64,000 bases of DNA, taken from the human T2T-CHM13v2.0 reference genome, Homo sapiens. Under the pieces are notes generated by a model that ran no database searches, was not told the origin of the DNA, and worked only from the letters and a program-made list of their open reading frames with translations. The position numbers and the translations under genes were made by a program. The stretch lies in the NCBI RefSeq assembly GCF_009914755.1, contig NC_060931.1, one strand, 5' to 3'. How positions within the stretch are numbered: the stretch's first letter is position 1; each line of letters begins with the position of its first letter. Positions 38,812-55,940 of this stretch are shown piece after piece.

Positions 38812-39113
38812 TTTTATTTATTATTATTAATTTTTTAGAGACAAGGTCTCACTCTGTCACCGAGGCTGGAGTGCAGTGGCACAATCACTCTTGGCTCTTG
38901 TGCTCAAGTGGTACTTCTACCTCAGATTCCTGAGTGGCTGGGACTACAGGCATGTGCCCCCACGCCTGGCTAATTTTTTTAAGTTATTTTTTGTAGAGAT
39001 GGGGGCTCTCACTATGTTGTCCAGGCTAGTCTCAAACTCCTGGCCTCAAGCAGTCCTCCCACCTGAGTCTCCCAAAGCGCTGGGATTACTGGCATGAGCC
39101 ACCAAACCCGACC
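38812..39113 (-). mobile_element. Alu (AluJ-like) inserted in a MER5-like remnant
   Basis: TSD CATTGGCATTT on both sides. Confidence 0.88.
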
Positions 39114-39794
39114 GACATTGGCATTTTTAAAGTTCCCCAGTGACTGATGTGTGGCCAAGGTTGAGATTCACTGCTCTAGAGGGAGGGGACCCTTCAGGGA
39201 GATGGAGACCCTGACAAGAAGCTTACGCGTGTAAAAGTGAGAGCTGAGAACCACCTGAATATCCAGTGACCAAGAGCTGGTGGAATAAATGTTGCTGTGT
39301 TCATACTGTGGAATATTATGCAGCCATTAAAAATGATTCTGTGAAGTTTTACTCTTAATCACCCAAAACTGTAAACACTCCAGATGTTCTTGACCCAGGG
39401 AACAGCTTCACACACTGGTGTGTGCATCCCATGGAATGCTAAGGAACATTGAGATGAAGGGAACCGGTAATGCAGCAGCTTGGGTGAGTCTTCAGTGCCT
39501 CATGCTAAGTGGCAGGAGACACATATGCTCTGATCCCATTTATATGACAACTCGGAAAAGGCAAAACTATAGGATAGAAAACAGACCAGTGATGGGCAAG
39601 GCTGGGAGCTGGGGTCGACTACAAAGAGTTTGAAGGCATTTGGGGGTGATGGAATGTCCTCTATCTTGACTGTGGTGGGAGTTACAGGTTACAAGACTGT
39701 GTTTGTCAAATTCATAGAATTATGAACTGAAAAGGGTGAATTTTACAGTATGGCAACTATACCGCACTCAGCCTGACTTTTAAAAACTGGTGCT

Positions 39795-40110
39795 GGCTGG
39801 GCGCAGTGGCTCACGCCTATAATCCCAGTACTTTGGGAGGCCGGGGTGGCAGATCAGGTGAGGTCATGAGTTCAAGACCAGCCTGGCCAACATGGAGAAC
39901 CCGTATCTCTACTAAAAATACAAAAATTAGCCGGCCATGATGATGGGTGCCTGTAATCCCAGCTACTCGAGAGGCTGAGGCAGGAGATTGCTTGAACCCG
40001 GGAGGCGGAGCTTGCAATGAGCCGAGATCGCGCCATTGCACTCCAGCCTGGGTGACAGAGCGAGATTCCATCTCAAAACAACAACAACAACAACAACAGC
40101 AACAAAAAAA
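39795..40110 (+). mobile_element. Alu with (CAA)n tail
   Basis: Sense Alu; tail converted to CAA repeat 40077-40105. Confidence 0.92.
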
Positions 40111-41334
40111 TGGTGCTTTATGGCCATATTCAGTGGCATGAGAAGATTTGACACGGTTACCTGATGAAAGCAGACAGCTGTATGTATAATGTGAGGCTGT
40201 TTTTGTAAAGACACACATATATATGTCATACATGGAAAATAGAGGTGCAACAAAGCTAAGCAAATGGTTGCAGTGGTTAGTGGAATTGTGGGTGATTTGA
40301 ACATTTTTCATTTTGTTTGTACTTTCTAAAATTTCTGCAGAGGGCATGGATTGCTTGGAAGCAGGCAGGGAGGGAAGGAACATAAGTTTTTGTTCTCATT
40401 TTGTGGACGAGGAGCCTCTGTCTGAGCGGCAGAGCCAAGACACACACCCGGCCTCCCCTCCTGGCTCTGAGTCCGGAGTTCTCTCTGGAGATGTCCACGG
40501 TGCCTGCTCAGCCTGCTCCATGGCCTCCCCTAGGAGCACAGGCCCAGGGAATGCTGTGAGAGAGGGGAGGGTGAAGGCAGGCCTGGGCAGCAGTGGGCAG
40601 GGCCCTGGCCTGGGTGGGTGGGTACCACAGGCTGCTGTCAGGAAGTAGAGACCTCAGCCCTCTGTTTTGGGTGAGCTGTTCCAATAAACTTGGCTTAGGG
40701 ATTCCCAGAAGTCCAAGTCCTCAGCCTCCTGCTCCCTCCTCTGACACTGCCTCCCAGAAAGTCAGGAGGCTGCCCAGCCACCCTCGTGGCGGGACACCTT
40801 CCGGCCAGGCTGGGTCCTTTCCGCTGCCCTGAGGCTGCAACCTCCCTCCCTGCTCCCACCGAGCCATGACTATTCCTGCCCATCCCTTACTTATGTTTTC
40901 GATTATTTTTGCCCAGATTGAGTTTGCATTTTTCCAAGATGAATCTCATCTTGCTGTTTCCTGTTCCCACTTTCAGCTCTAGACGTCCCTCGGGGAGATA
41001 CCTCAGTGCCCACGACCTTTGCACCCCCCTCCCCACCTCGCCCCCGCTGTGGCACACCTCTCTCCAAGCTCCCTTTGGTGCTGTTTCCACCCGTGTGCGT
41101 TCTGTCCAGAGGCCTGCGGGGACCAGGACGTGGCCCTGCTTGGGGGCCTGCCCCTGCTGCCCTGGTTTCCTCCCTCCCGTGGGCTGCTTGCCAGCAGCAT
41201 TTGGGAGAGTGTGTGGCCAAACTGCTGATGCTGCTGGCCCTGAGCTCCTGAGGGCTGTTGGCCCCAGCAGTGCTGGCCCTGGGCCTTCTCTGATCTATTC
41301 CTGCACATTGCTGTGGCTAAGAGTAACCTGGTAT

Positions 41335-42725
<1,391 letters not shown>

Positions 42726-43948
42726 GCTGGCCTGAGTCCCACTTTGCCAGGGATCAATTCTGGACTCTGTGACCTGGGGCAAGTGGCCAGCCTTTCTTTA
42801 TTTGTGTAGATCCATCAGAGCTGTGGGATTCGTATTTTTGACAGTAGATGCACTAGTGGCTTGCCTGGGACCTGGCTGGTTATATAACAAAAAGAGACGC
42901 TTTATTTTTGAGAAACCATTACTGCCTTTTAAGGAGTGTGTGCATTGCCGCTTGCTGGATGGGTTCCATATAAGAACCGGTGGTGGCGGGGGTGGTGGGG
43001 AGAGGGTAGTTGGAAGCCTGGGACAGGACTCGGAGTGGGAAGACTGGGCCAGAGGTCCAGAGAAGAATTCCCAGCTCCCTGCCAGGGGATTTGGCTGCAG
43101 AATTCCTTATGGAGGAGCGAAGTGTCCTTAAAATGAAGGCTGTTTGGGTTCATCTGTTTAACCAGCCCAGGCTCAACCAGCAGTTCAGGTATGGCTGGCA
43201 ATGGTGAAGGGTCCAGGGGGCTAAGAAGGCTTATGAGAAGAGGGATGTTTGCTGACCTCAACTCTACCACAAGGTGACAAAATTGTCCACTGTTTCCATC
43301 ATGAATTATTTCATTTAAGTTAAGGGAAGACTATAATGTCATTACATTCCTGGATAAACAGACCCAATGTCATTTATTTAGTATTTTCCCATTTGCCACT
43401 GTCATTCTTGAAATAAAATAGATCCAAACATGGGGAGTTCCATTTATTAGCACCAAGGAGAAGCCCTGGGCTAGAAAGTTGCTGGAAGCCCCAAGGCTGT
43501 CATGGATGCTGTTTCTTGGGATGGAGAGTCCTGAGAGGCTGGACGTGCTGCCTGGTACATGGAAGGTCAAGGAGGAAGGAGGGTTGGAAGCCAGGAGTAT
43601 GGCCATGGAGGGAGTCTCCAAAGTCCTAGTCAGGGGTGGAACCCAGACCGGAAGTTGGGGTAGAAGACAGGGATGGGAAGTGACAGCTGCTAACATTTAT
43701 GGAGGGCGAGAAATAGGCCAAGGACTGTGCTAATTATTTTTTATGCTGTATTTTTGTTCTTTTTCCAATTATATGGAATTGGCACTACTGTCATTTTTTT
43801 CTATCTTACAGATAGGGAAACTGAGATTTTGAGCTAAAATAATGTTGCCAAAGTAGTCACACGCATAAGAGGCAGAAATGTGATTTCAACAGTGGATATT
43901 TGACCACAGAGCCATCCTCCTAACCATTCACCCAACAGAAGTGTGTTG

Positions 43949-44248
43949 AGGCGCGGTGGCTCACCCCTGTAATCCCAGCACTTTGGGAGGCCAAAGGGGG
44001 CTGATCACATGAGGCCAGGAGTTTGAGACCAGCCTGGCCAACATGGCAAAACCCCATCTCTACTAAAAATACAAAAATTAGCCAGGTGTAGTGGTACATA
44101 TCTGTAATCCCAGCTACTCGGGAGGCTCAGGCACGAGAATTGCTTGAGCCCGGGAGGCGGAGTTGCAGTGAGCCGAGTTCACACCACTGCACTCCAGCCT
44201 GGGCGACAGAGTGGGACTTTGTCTCAAGAACAAACAAACAAACAAAAA
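43949..44248 (+). mobile_element. Alu (AluS-like)
   Basis: Sense Alu with (CAAA)n tail. Confidence 0.92.
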
Positions 44249-44383
44249 GGTGTGTTGTGTGCCTGGCTTTCTTCTAAGTGCAGGAGGTATAGCAGATAAG
44301 ACATACAGAAACCCCTGCCTCATGACATTCCTGTGGGGCAGGACAGACAATTCCCTAGGGAGGACATGGCCTATGCTGGGTAT

Positions 44384-44854
44384 GGTTGGTTATAGCAAAC
44401 ATGGCTGCAGGAGTCCCTTCCATCTGTGACCCTTCCGCAGAGTGACTTTGATGCTTCCCCCAGCAAGAGATGGGGTTAGGCCTCCCCTTGATTCTGGGCT
44501 GGCTCTGGGACTTGCTTTGGCCAACAGAATATAGCAGAAATGACATCTTGGCACTTGTGGGCTTAACCTTGCAAGGGCTTGCAGCTTCCACTTTTGCCTC
44601 TTGGAAGCTACTGCCATGTGAAAAAGCTGGTCTGGTCTGTGGGTGCTGAGAGGCCACGTGGACAGAGGACCGAGGTGCCCAGGTGACAGCCAGCACTGAG
44701 TCCAGCTCCCTGCTGACCATCATTGCATGGGAGACCCCAGCTGACACCGTGTGGAGCAGCCAATTCACAGAATCGTGAGGAATGCTCTCTCACTGCTGTT
44801 TGAAGCCATTCCATTTTGGGGAGGTTTGTTACACAGCCATGGATCACTGAAACA
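44384..44854 (+). mobile_element. MLT1-type (MaLR) LTR
   Basis: ACTTGCTTTGGCCAACAGAATATAGCAGAAATGAC ... GTTTGTTACACAGC..TGGATCACTGAAACA. Confidence 0.75.
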
Positions 44855-45124
44855 GTGGTGAGAACGGCCAAGTGCATGGGTAGATCCAAAGTCAGGCAAG
44901 GGGAGGGAGTGCCCAGGGCTCACCAAGAAGATGACATTTGAGCAGTGACTTCATGGAGGAAGGAAAGAACATCCTCAGTGACCAAGGCTGGGCCTGGCAG
45001 GTTTAAGGAAGAACAAGGAGCCTGAGCAGCTGAAAAGTGGGGCCAGATCTTGGGGTGCCCCACAAGCCACTGAAAGGACTGTGATGGGGAGGCTCTGAGC
45101 AGAGGCAGGTGTTATTCCACTCAG

Positions 45125-45395
<271 letters not shown>

Positions 45396-45679
45396 CCCCC
45401 AATCAGCTTTAACAGTAGGGGCCAGGGCCAGGGCAGGGAAGCCCCTCTAAGAGGCTACTGCACTGACTCAGGTGAGTGTGGACGGTGATGAGACCAGGTA
45501 AGGAATGCTGGCTTCTGACTGTGAGAGAGAAAGAGGCGAGGATTGACTCTGGCAGGGGAAAGGCTGGAGTTACCACATTCTGAGATGGGGCCACCTTTGT
45601 GGAGGCTTAGGAGTGTGGCTCTAAACAGGTGACCCCGAGACCTCTCTAGAAATGAAGGGAAGACGTTGAGGATCCGACC

Positions 45680-46073
45680 TGGTTTGCATGTTTGTCCCCT
45701 TCAGGTCTCATGTTGAAATGTGATCCCCAGTGTTGGAAGTGGGGCCTGGTGAGAGGTGTGTGGGTCATGGGGGTGGATCCTCATGAAGTGCCCTCCCCAT
45801 TGGGGTAATGAGCTCTCACTCTAAACAGATCTGTTTGTTTAAGAGCCTGGAACTTCCTCCTCTCTCTCTTGCTTCCTGTCTAGCCATGTAATGTGCCTGC
45901 TCCCCCTTTGCCTTCTGCCACGAGTGGAAGCTTCCTGAGGCCTCATCAGAAGCAGATACTGGCTCCTTGCTTCCTGTACAGCCTGTGGAACCATGAGCCA
46001 AATAAACCTCTTTTCTTTATAAATTACCCAGCCTCAGATATTCCCTTATTGGAGTGCAAAACAGACTAACACA
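45680..46073 (+). mobile_element. MST-type (MaLR) LTR
   Basis: TCTCATGTTGAAATGTGATCCCCAGTGTTGGA...AAATAAACCTCTTTTCTTTATAAATTACCCAG...GACTAACACA. Confidence 0.85.
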
Positions 46074-46447
46074 GGATCCAATTTGACAGAAGAGGCCAGC
46101 GCCACGGGAGTGGTGTGGACTGCAGCTATAAACAGGGGATTGTCAGGGGCAAGGAGGTCACCAAAGGAGGGGTGCCCTGCAGAGGATGTGCAAGAACTGA
46201 GCCCAGGGCCTCCCAGAAATTTAGAGGATGGAGACTGAGAGGGGCGGGGGGAAACCTGGGTCAGGTTGGAGTCTTACAGACCAAGTGGAAAGGCTTCTAA
46301 AGAGGAAGGTGTAAGCAACTGTATCAGATGTTTGATGGGTCACCTAAGACAAGGACTGAGAAGTGACTGGTCCCTGGAGGCTTGACCAGACAGTTCTGCT
46401 GTTAGATGGGGGCTGGAAGGAGCCTCCTGCCCTTGAGGTGTCCTTAG

Positions 46448-46782
<335 letters not shown>

Positions 46783-47343
46783 TAGCTTCTTGAATGTGCT
46801 GCTTGGCTTCTGTCATCTGTTATTCAAGTCACCTCACCAACCCAAACCCCAATTTCCTTATTTGTAAAATAAAAATAATGAGGCTCCTGCAAAGGGTGGA
46901 TGTGCAAACTCAGAGTGAACTGACAGATGCCAAATTGGACCCTCTGTACCACCTGGGCATCTTTTGGTTACTAATGGTGGCTCTGCAGTCAGATCTGGAT
47001 GACTGGCCAGGTGCCTGAGTATGCAGGTGACCTCCAGGACCAGATGCTCCAGCCCCAACCCCGATCTCCCTTCCTGGTGCTCTGGAAGACCTGGGAAAAG
47101 GGAAGAAGGAACCCCACGTGATTGTGGTGGAACGGGGTGCTCAAAATGGAAATGAAACCACTCAAGGAAAAAGTAAGTTGCATTTCTGGCATTCTGAGTT
47201 CTTGGACTGAGTTCACACACACACACAAAATATAATCATTTCATTTAAGTTTAAAATATTTAGCACAGAATGCAATCAGCAAAATCCAGACCACGGGAAA
47301 CTCCAAAGGACAAACAGTCTAGTTTCAATAAATAAGTTGCCAG

Positions 47344-47346
<3 letters not shown>

Positions 47347-47392
<46 letters not shown>
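47347..47392. repeat. (GA)23 microsatellite
   Basis: Perfect GA run. Confidence 0.97.
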
Positions 47393-47395
<3 letters not shown>

Positions 47396-49931
47396 AGACA
47401 GAGCCTGTAGGCTAAAACAGATTTAAGAGATGGATCAATCACAGCACCTGGGCCTTTCTTGGATCCTAATTCAAACAAACAAACAAACTGTAAAAAATAA
47501 AATGTGTGAAGCAATAAAGGAAATGTGCACTCTGGATATTGGATATTAAGGAATTATGGTTGAGATTTGCACAAGCGATAGTAGGTTAAGAGAGAAGAGA
47601 GAGGGAGAGAGGGAAGGGGAGGCGGGTAGGGACAGAGGCCTCTTTTGAGAAATGCACAACAAAGTATTTCCTGGTGAAATCATATGATGTCTGGGATTTG
47701 CTTCAAACTTATCTTGGAGAGGAGGCAAGGGTGGAACACAGATAACACAAGATGGGCTGAGAGTTGAACTGCAGGAGCGGGTGACAGGGCAAGCAGCTCA
47801 GGATGTCATCTTTTTGCTTTTGCATATTTGAAATTTTCCATAATAAAGTGTTTTTTAAGCAAATGCATGAGGCCAAGACTTGCTCCGTGCTCTCTGCCAG
47901 ACTATTCTAAGCACTTGACACATGTCAACTCTTTGATGCCCAGGACTCTCATGTCAGGGGATGACACTGATGTCCCCATCTTGCTGAGGAGGAGATGGAG
48001 ACACAGAAGGGGCAAGCAACTTGCCCAAGGTTGCACAGCTGGTGAACAGCAGTGTTGGGGTGTGAACCCAGGCTGCTTCCATCAGGCTTCTCCAGGTCTA
48101 TGTGCCTCCAAAACAATGTCTGGAAGGTTATGTAACAAACTGATTGTTCTCTCTGGGAGGTGGGACAGTGGAGTTTAATGGAACTTATCATAATGGTTTT
48201 TGTTATTTTGCCTGTGTTTTCTTATTTTTCTACAAAGAATTTTTAAAAAGGAAGAGGAGTCAACAGACCCACAGTCAGTGGCCATGAGCAGCATGGGCCA
48301 CAGAGGGGCTTCTGCTAGGTGGGAATTCTGAGCCCAAGGTCCCACCAGCTTGGAGGGGTGCAGCTCAGTGTGGCCATCAGTGGAGGCAGGCAGAAGTGAG
48401 GCTTGAATCCCACAGTGGGGAAAATGCTTTGCTCCTGGCAGAGCCTACTCTGGCAGGTCACAGCCAGGATTCAGACCCTGCAGGGAAGTCAGCAGCATGA
48501 CCAGGCGTCCAGCCCAGTGCTGGGCACCTGCAGCCACGCAGGCGCACAGGGTATATGTGCCTGTGACCCTGCAGGTCCCAATAGCACAAACTCATTTGAG
48601 GATGGGGAGTGATAAGGGTAGGGCACAGTGGCCCCTCAAGGGGTGGGGATAGGAAAAAGTGGGGGGCACTGCCTCACCTCTGATTCTTCCATCAAACTTG
48701 GATGGGCTGGGGTCACAACCCCACCCCCATCAGAGTTTCGGGGAATGTGTGACAAACTGTTGCAGGCAGGCCCCAAACAGGTCCACCTCGCCTCACTCCT
48801 GTGACTGCTCTTCTTTGGGCCTCTCTTGGATCCCCACCCACCCATTCCCAACCAGACGCCTCACTGGCTTCTTCCTCAGCTCCGGGGTCCAGGTCTTGTG
48901 GGCTCTGCCCCAGCATCGGCCCCAGTTGGTCCCACCCTCTTCTCAGCGCAGGCCACTCCACTCCTCCCTCTGCCCACAAGTTGGAACCCAAGCTCAAGGT
49001 GGCCTCTAAGGCCCTGCTCACCTTCCCAGGCCTCACACGTGCCCGGCCCCAGCCCCCACAGTGTGCCCCTCCTTGTGCAGTCTGTGCCTGCCCTCCAGGG
49101 ATGCACCTGCTCCCTGCACACATCTCTGAATGTTTGCTGCTTGAGCAAGGCATCCTCATGGTCAATGCATGCACTGGATGCTTGTTGACCTTAGGAAGTG
49201 CTTCTACCAGGAGATGGCCCTCTTCCCTGTCCCCAGGCCACGGCCATATCCTCCCAGGAGGGCTGAGGGCCTATCTTGGATGCACAGGGAACGGTGATCT
49301 CCCAGAATGCAAGTTCTTTTTAGGTCCTAGATAGTGAGCTCCAACCTTATGGACACAGTAACTGAGTCTGACTTCCTCACCCTTTGGGAAGGTGTTTTCC
49401 TGTAGGACTATGAGTGGGTGATTTTAAAGAAGGGGCAGGGGGGCAGGCCTGCTGTGGGCGAGGGTCAGCCATGTTACGGAGTGAGAAGGAACGAGCATTG
49501 CTAAGGCCCAGAAGTGAGGTGTAAGAGCCTCGGGGTTCCAGGCTCACCCCAGGGCTGGAGGGAGGAGGGGAAGGTGGAGAGGGTGCAGGGTCTTAGGGGC
49601 CACACAGAGGGTGGGATTTCCTCCTTGAGGAACACAGGGAGCCCTCCAGGCCCTCAGGGGTGGCCTGTGGGTGGTGAACTGGAGGTGTGAAGAGAAACGA
49701 AACCCCCAGGTGTGTGGGAGGCCTGCGGATGCTTGTGGCGACAGGGCAGCTACACACGGTCCAGGCTAGAGGTGGAGATGTCGGAATCATTGGCAGGTGG
49801 GGATCTCTGCAGCAGGGGTTCATCCAGCTCCCAGGGAGAGAAGGAAGAGTGAGAAGAGAGAGGTGCCACCCCTGGGATCCCCACCAGGGAAGCGGGGGAG
49901 GAGGAAGAGAAGCCAGCCTGGAAGTGTGAGC

Positions 49932-49965
49932 AACCCTAACCCTAATTCTAACCCTAACCCTAACC
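49932..49965 (-). repeat. Short interstitial telomeric repeat (TTAGGG)n
   Basis: aa ccctaa ccctaa ttctaa ccctaa ccctaa cc on +. Confidence 0.85.
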
Positions 49966-50531
49966 TTGGCAGGGGGAGGAGGTCACAAAGGGAGCTGCAG
50001 TGGCTGGCAAGGCCCGTTGGTCTTGGGTGATCCCTGGGGCCCTAGTCAGAGTGCCAGGTGCAGAAACAGCTGCCTGGGACTGAGGAAGTGGAAACTTTGA
50101 ATGTGAACATCTCCTTTGAGAAGCTTGGCAGTTAAAGATGAGGTCAGAGATAGACACTGGGCAGGTACACATTTTTATAGCACAAAAAACTCTGGGTCCA
50201 CAGTGGCCTTGGGAGCATTCTGGTACTCCCTCTAATGGCAGGAGCTGGGGTGCTGGGGGTGGGTGCCTGCTGGGAGCCCCTTCCTCTCAAGCAGCTGGCT
50301 GCCCACCTCTCCTTTTCCTTGGCTGGGCTTCTGATGGGGCCCACAGACAAACAGGCAATAACGTGAATACCTCACACAGAAACTGGCCACGATACTGCTG
50401 ATGCCATGATCCATGATTGGTTTTTTATTCTTGTATTTTCCTGCTTTCCAGCTTTTACATCTCTCTTTACCAGACACTGATTGTTTTTTTACACCTTCCT
50501 ATACTTTAGTACTATTACCAGACATAAAAAC

Positions 50532-50737
50532 AAGTGATTCTCCTGCCTTACTCAGCCTCCCCAGTAGCTGGGATTACAGGCGTCTGCCACCATGCCTGGC
50601 GAATTTTTATATTTTTAGTGGAGACAGGGTTTCACCATGTTGGCCAGGCTGGTCTCAAAATCCTGACCTCAAGTGATCTGCCTGCCTTGGCCTCCCAAAA
50701 TGCTGGGATTACAGGCATGAGCAACCATGCCCAGCCC
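50532..50737 (-). mobile_element. Truncated Alu
   Basis: Antisense Alu lacking its 3' part. Confidence 0.88.
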
Positions 50738-50951
50738 TAGAAAGTGTTTTTAAAGGAATAGATTGTGTTCTACTATTCCCTTTCCTCCTTTCTGCTGGCC
50801 AGGATGATGCAATGATGGCTGGATCTCAAGTGAATATTTTGTATCACAAGATAGAAGTCATACATTGAGGCTAGGTAAGCAACAAAATGGAAAGCCAGAT
50901 GCTTACCTTTGGATTTTGTTTATATGAGCAAGAAATACATTTCCTTTAAAA

Positions 50952-51405
<454 letters not shown>

Positions 51406-51649
51406 TGAGATGCCTGAATGGTGTGGAGCTCCTTGCCACTAGTTGCTTTCAGAGGGTGATCTCCCAGTAACACCTACACTGGAAGGTTTTTAATCTTTGA
51501 GAAACGGATATAGAAAAAGTTGTACTCAGTATATTTTATTTACATTTTTATAACTTTTAATGAAGCTAAACATTTTTGTATCTATTTATTGGCCACTTAT
51601 GTATCTTCTTTTGTGAATCACCTATTTATTTCTCTCAGCTCACTTTTAA

Positions 51650-52183
<534 letters not shown>

Positions 52184-52577
52184 TTATTTATTAATAGCAG
52201 CTTCCCTTTATCAACGACTTACTATTTTTCAGGCATGACTCTCCAGATTTATCTCAGTGAACCCTTGTAGCATTTTTGCAAGGCATGGTAGTGTCATTAT
52301 TATCCTATTGTTATAGAGGAGAGAAACCGACGCTCACAGACAGAAAGTGCAATAAATATGGAGTAGAGGTTCACAGCAGATGGGTCTGAGGCCACAGCTG
52401 CTTCCTAAAACTACAGGAGGCCAGGAATGTTCGCTCTCTAAGCACTGCATTCTTTCTCAGTATTTTGTTTGCTCTTTATTTTCATTTTCAGTATATTTTG
52501 ATGTACAGAAGGTAAAAACTTTTATGCAACCAAACTTCTCTGTCCTTCCTTAAGAGACTTCTCCATCAAGAATGTCA

Positions 52578-52967
<390 letters not shown>

Positions 52968-55837
52968 CTACCTCATTAATCTGGAGTTAATTTTGAGGGA
53001 GGTATGAGGTGGGGCCAAACATTATTTTTTCCACCAGACTCCATTTTGAACGACCTCTCCTTCCTTCTGACCTAACACTGGGCAGATTGTTGCACTAAGT
53101 TGTCACATGCCCTCTTCCCAGATCTTCGGGCAGCAGAATTACTCATCAGTGCTGGAAGCCTGCCCCCCTCCCCACTCCCCGCGCCTTGCTGTGGTGACCC
53201 CCACCCCAACCGAGTCCCCACAGCTGGGCTTGCTGTCTGCCCTGTGGTGAGTGGAAGGAATTCAGCATGAACTCTGCTCACTCAGCAGCCAGGCCTGAGA
53301 AGCACCGGACTGTGGAAAATCACATATGTTTTTCAAGTTGTTGAAAACCAAGGAAATTGTTCTGCCAGTTGTGAGGGTGGCTAGACACTGTCTGGGAGAC
53401 CTCAGGTCCCATGGCTCTGGGAGCCATCCCATCTTGTGGGCCCAAACAGGCTAACCCCACTGGTAATATCCAGGCACTTGGGCGGCAGAGAAGGGGGAGT
53501 TTCTAGGAGCCTCCCCCAAGAGGGAAGAACAAAAAGGAAGGAGCCTAGCCTGGTCCTTTCCCCTTTGGTCCCAGGAGGCAGATCCAGGACTCAAGGGGAG
53601 ATATGGAGGGGCTGGCATCTGTGATCCCAGTAGCCTGCTGGCCAGATCCCAGGCCTCCCAGACCTTCTATTTATCCCCCTCCCCCAGATACACATGCTGG
53701 TGCTGGACAGCTGGGCTGTGGCGGAAGTTTACATACAAAGGGTTTGCTGGGCCATCTCGGTACACACAGCTTCACTTCCTTCTGAGGCACAACCCGTGTC
53801 TGAGCTGCTGCCGTGGGGGTCCTGGGGGCCACGGAGGCCATGGGGCAGGTTGGGAGGGTCTGCTCCCAGCCTCCCAGACCCTGCCACTCCTGCCTGTCCC
53901 CAGGCCCTGATGACCTCTTATCCTTCTGTGCCCTGCAGATCCCCACAGTCAGAACTCAGGCACACTGGGCCCTGCTGGCAGGTGAGTTTCCACCTCTGAC
54001 CAGGTTGAGGCACCAGGCAGCTCTGGAGGCTCAGGAGCTATAGCTTGGGTCCCAGTGGGAGGAGGCTGGCCTGTCCCCCTCCTCAGCTGGCACTAACAGG
54101 CCCCTGACCCAACCTCAACTTCTCTCTTGGGGTCTCAGCCCTCATGGCAGGGTTGATGGCCTCAGAGCTACATAGGACCTACTCACTGGGCCATGCTCCC
54201 TGTCTCCCTGTTCCCTGCAGGTCAGTTTCGCCAGCTTCCACCCTTGGACAGTTCTGGCTCTCTCAACAACTCTCCTTCCCATTCCAGCAGCAGCAAGGGA
54301 CAGGGGGCACCCTCCCCAGCGCAGGCCCCACCCTCCCCAGCCCAGTCCTGCCGCAGTGGCTGTCCCTTGGGGTAGGGAAATGCCAAAGCAGTCCCTGCCA
54401 CATCCATGTGGGAAGCTGAAAGTGGATCACCAGAGTGTCTACCAGCCCCCCACTGTAGCCCAGGAGAACACTTGGATGCAGGTGCAGACCCTGCTAAGTG
54501 GCAGGGGTAAGGGACCCTGAAAGCCACTAGGTGCTCTTGGCTACAAGCCTCCCATCCCCCTGACTGGCTTCACTCTGGCAGCAGAGGGGAGAAGTCCCCT
54601 CACCGGCCCCGTGGCAGAGCCTGGGCACAGGGCTAAAGGACTTTTTGGTGCAGGTCTTCAAGTGGAGTGGGAGTCCCAGCCCCACCACCCAAAGGGAGGC
54701 ACATCAGCCTGGCATGGAGGGCAGCTGCCTCCCATCCACCTGCCCACACCCTTGGTGTCAGAGGGCCCCCAACATCATGGCCCTCCTTGTGGCCCAGCTC
54801 TCCATGAGAGCTTTTGCACATGTTTTTGTTGGTGACTCGCTGTGACTGAAGAAAAGCCTCCTTCTGTTCCTTTTTTGTTTTCTTATGGCTTCTATTTTCC
54901 CTGGCAGAGGATGTTGGACCCAAATCCAATCCATGTGTGAGTTGTTCCCAGGGAAGTGACGTGCCACGCTGCTTCACCCCAGCCTTGGGCCGCCGGGCTT
55001 GACATGCTCAACTGGGGCAACGGAGCAAATTCCCAGAACAAGTTTTGAGAAAGATGATTCAGAGCTTTGCAGAGGATGAGGAAAGGGGAGAGCTTGCGGA
55101 TCCTTGCTGCCACCAGGACTGGCCTGGGGGCACGTGGCAGGCAGAGGCAGGCTCAGGTGCACAGGGAGCCTGGGTGTTGGGGCTCAGGGTCTGCTCTGAG
55201 CGCCCCAGTGGGCACAGCTCAGGTTGATCTCTGAGGGCAAATGATGAGAGCTAAAAGGCAGCAGTGTGAGTGCCAAGAATGTGTGCTAGGCACAGCACAT
55301 GCATGATCCTGTATGAACGACAAGGAGAACAGGGACACAGGTGGACGGCACTGAGGCTACCTGCCGAGATGTGGTGCCTGGGAGGTAGAGCCAGAACCTG
55401 ACACAGTCCCACTGCTTTTTCAAGGAGATGCAGTGAGAAAGCAAAGGCAGGGTCTTGGCAGGACCAGGTGTGAGAGGAGGCAAGGCCTCCTTGTGGTCCT
55501 GCTCCCAGGGGGTGGCATGTATCCCAGGCCCAGCAGCCTCCACTGTGGCCTCCCCGGCTGCTGCCTGCTCCAACTCACTCGGGGCTGCTCTGGGGACCCA
55601 GGTGCTTCCTGACCCACTTTTCCTCTTTCCTTTTGACCCCAGGTCCAAACTCTGCCCTGTCAATCATCCCAGGGGCTCCTAGGCTTCCCTACCTGACTAC
55701 TTCACTGGGGCCAAACCCCGCAGACAATCGTGGCTTAGGGCTGTCTGCCTCTGCACTTGGCCCATGGACTACCTGTGAGCTTTCTCTTGTGTCCTCATTC
55801 CTTTAAGGGGGAATGTCCTCGGAGCTCTGTCCTTAGC

Positions 55838-55940
55838 TCCCCATTCCTCCAGTATGAGACAGGGACTAGGCTTGAGTCACGGGGGACTGTGCTGTGTCAC
55901 GCCCTGCCATACTAATGGGACCACTCTGCCTGTTGATGGC
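55838..55940 (+). repeat. 103-bp direct repeat, copy 1 (upstream of AEBP1)
   Basis: Ungapped match to 57710-57812 with 8 mismatches. Confidence 0.95.
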
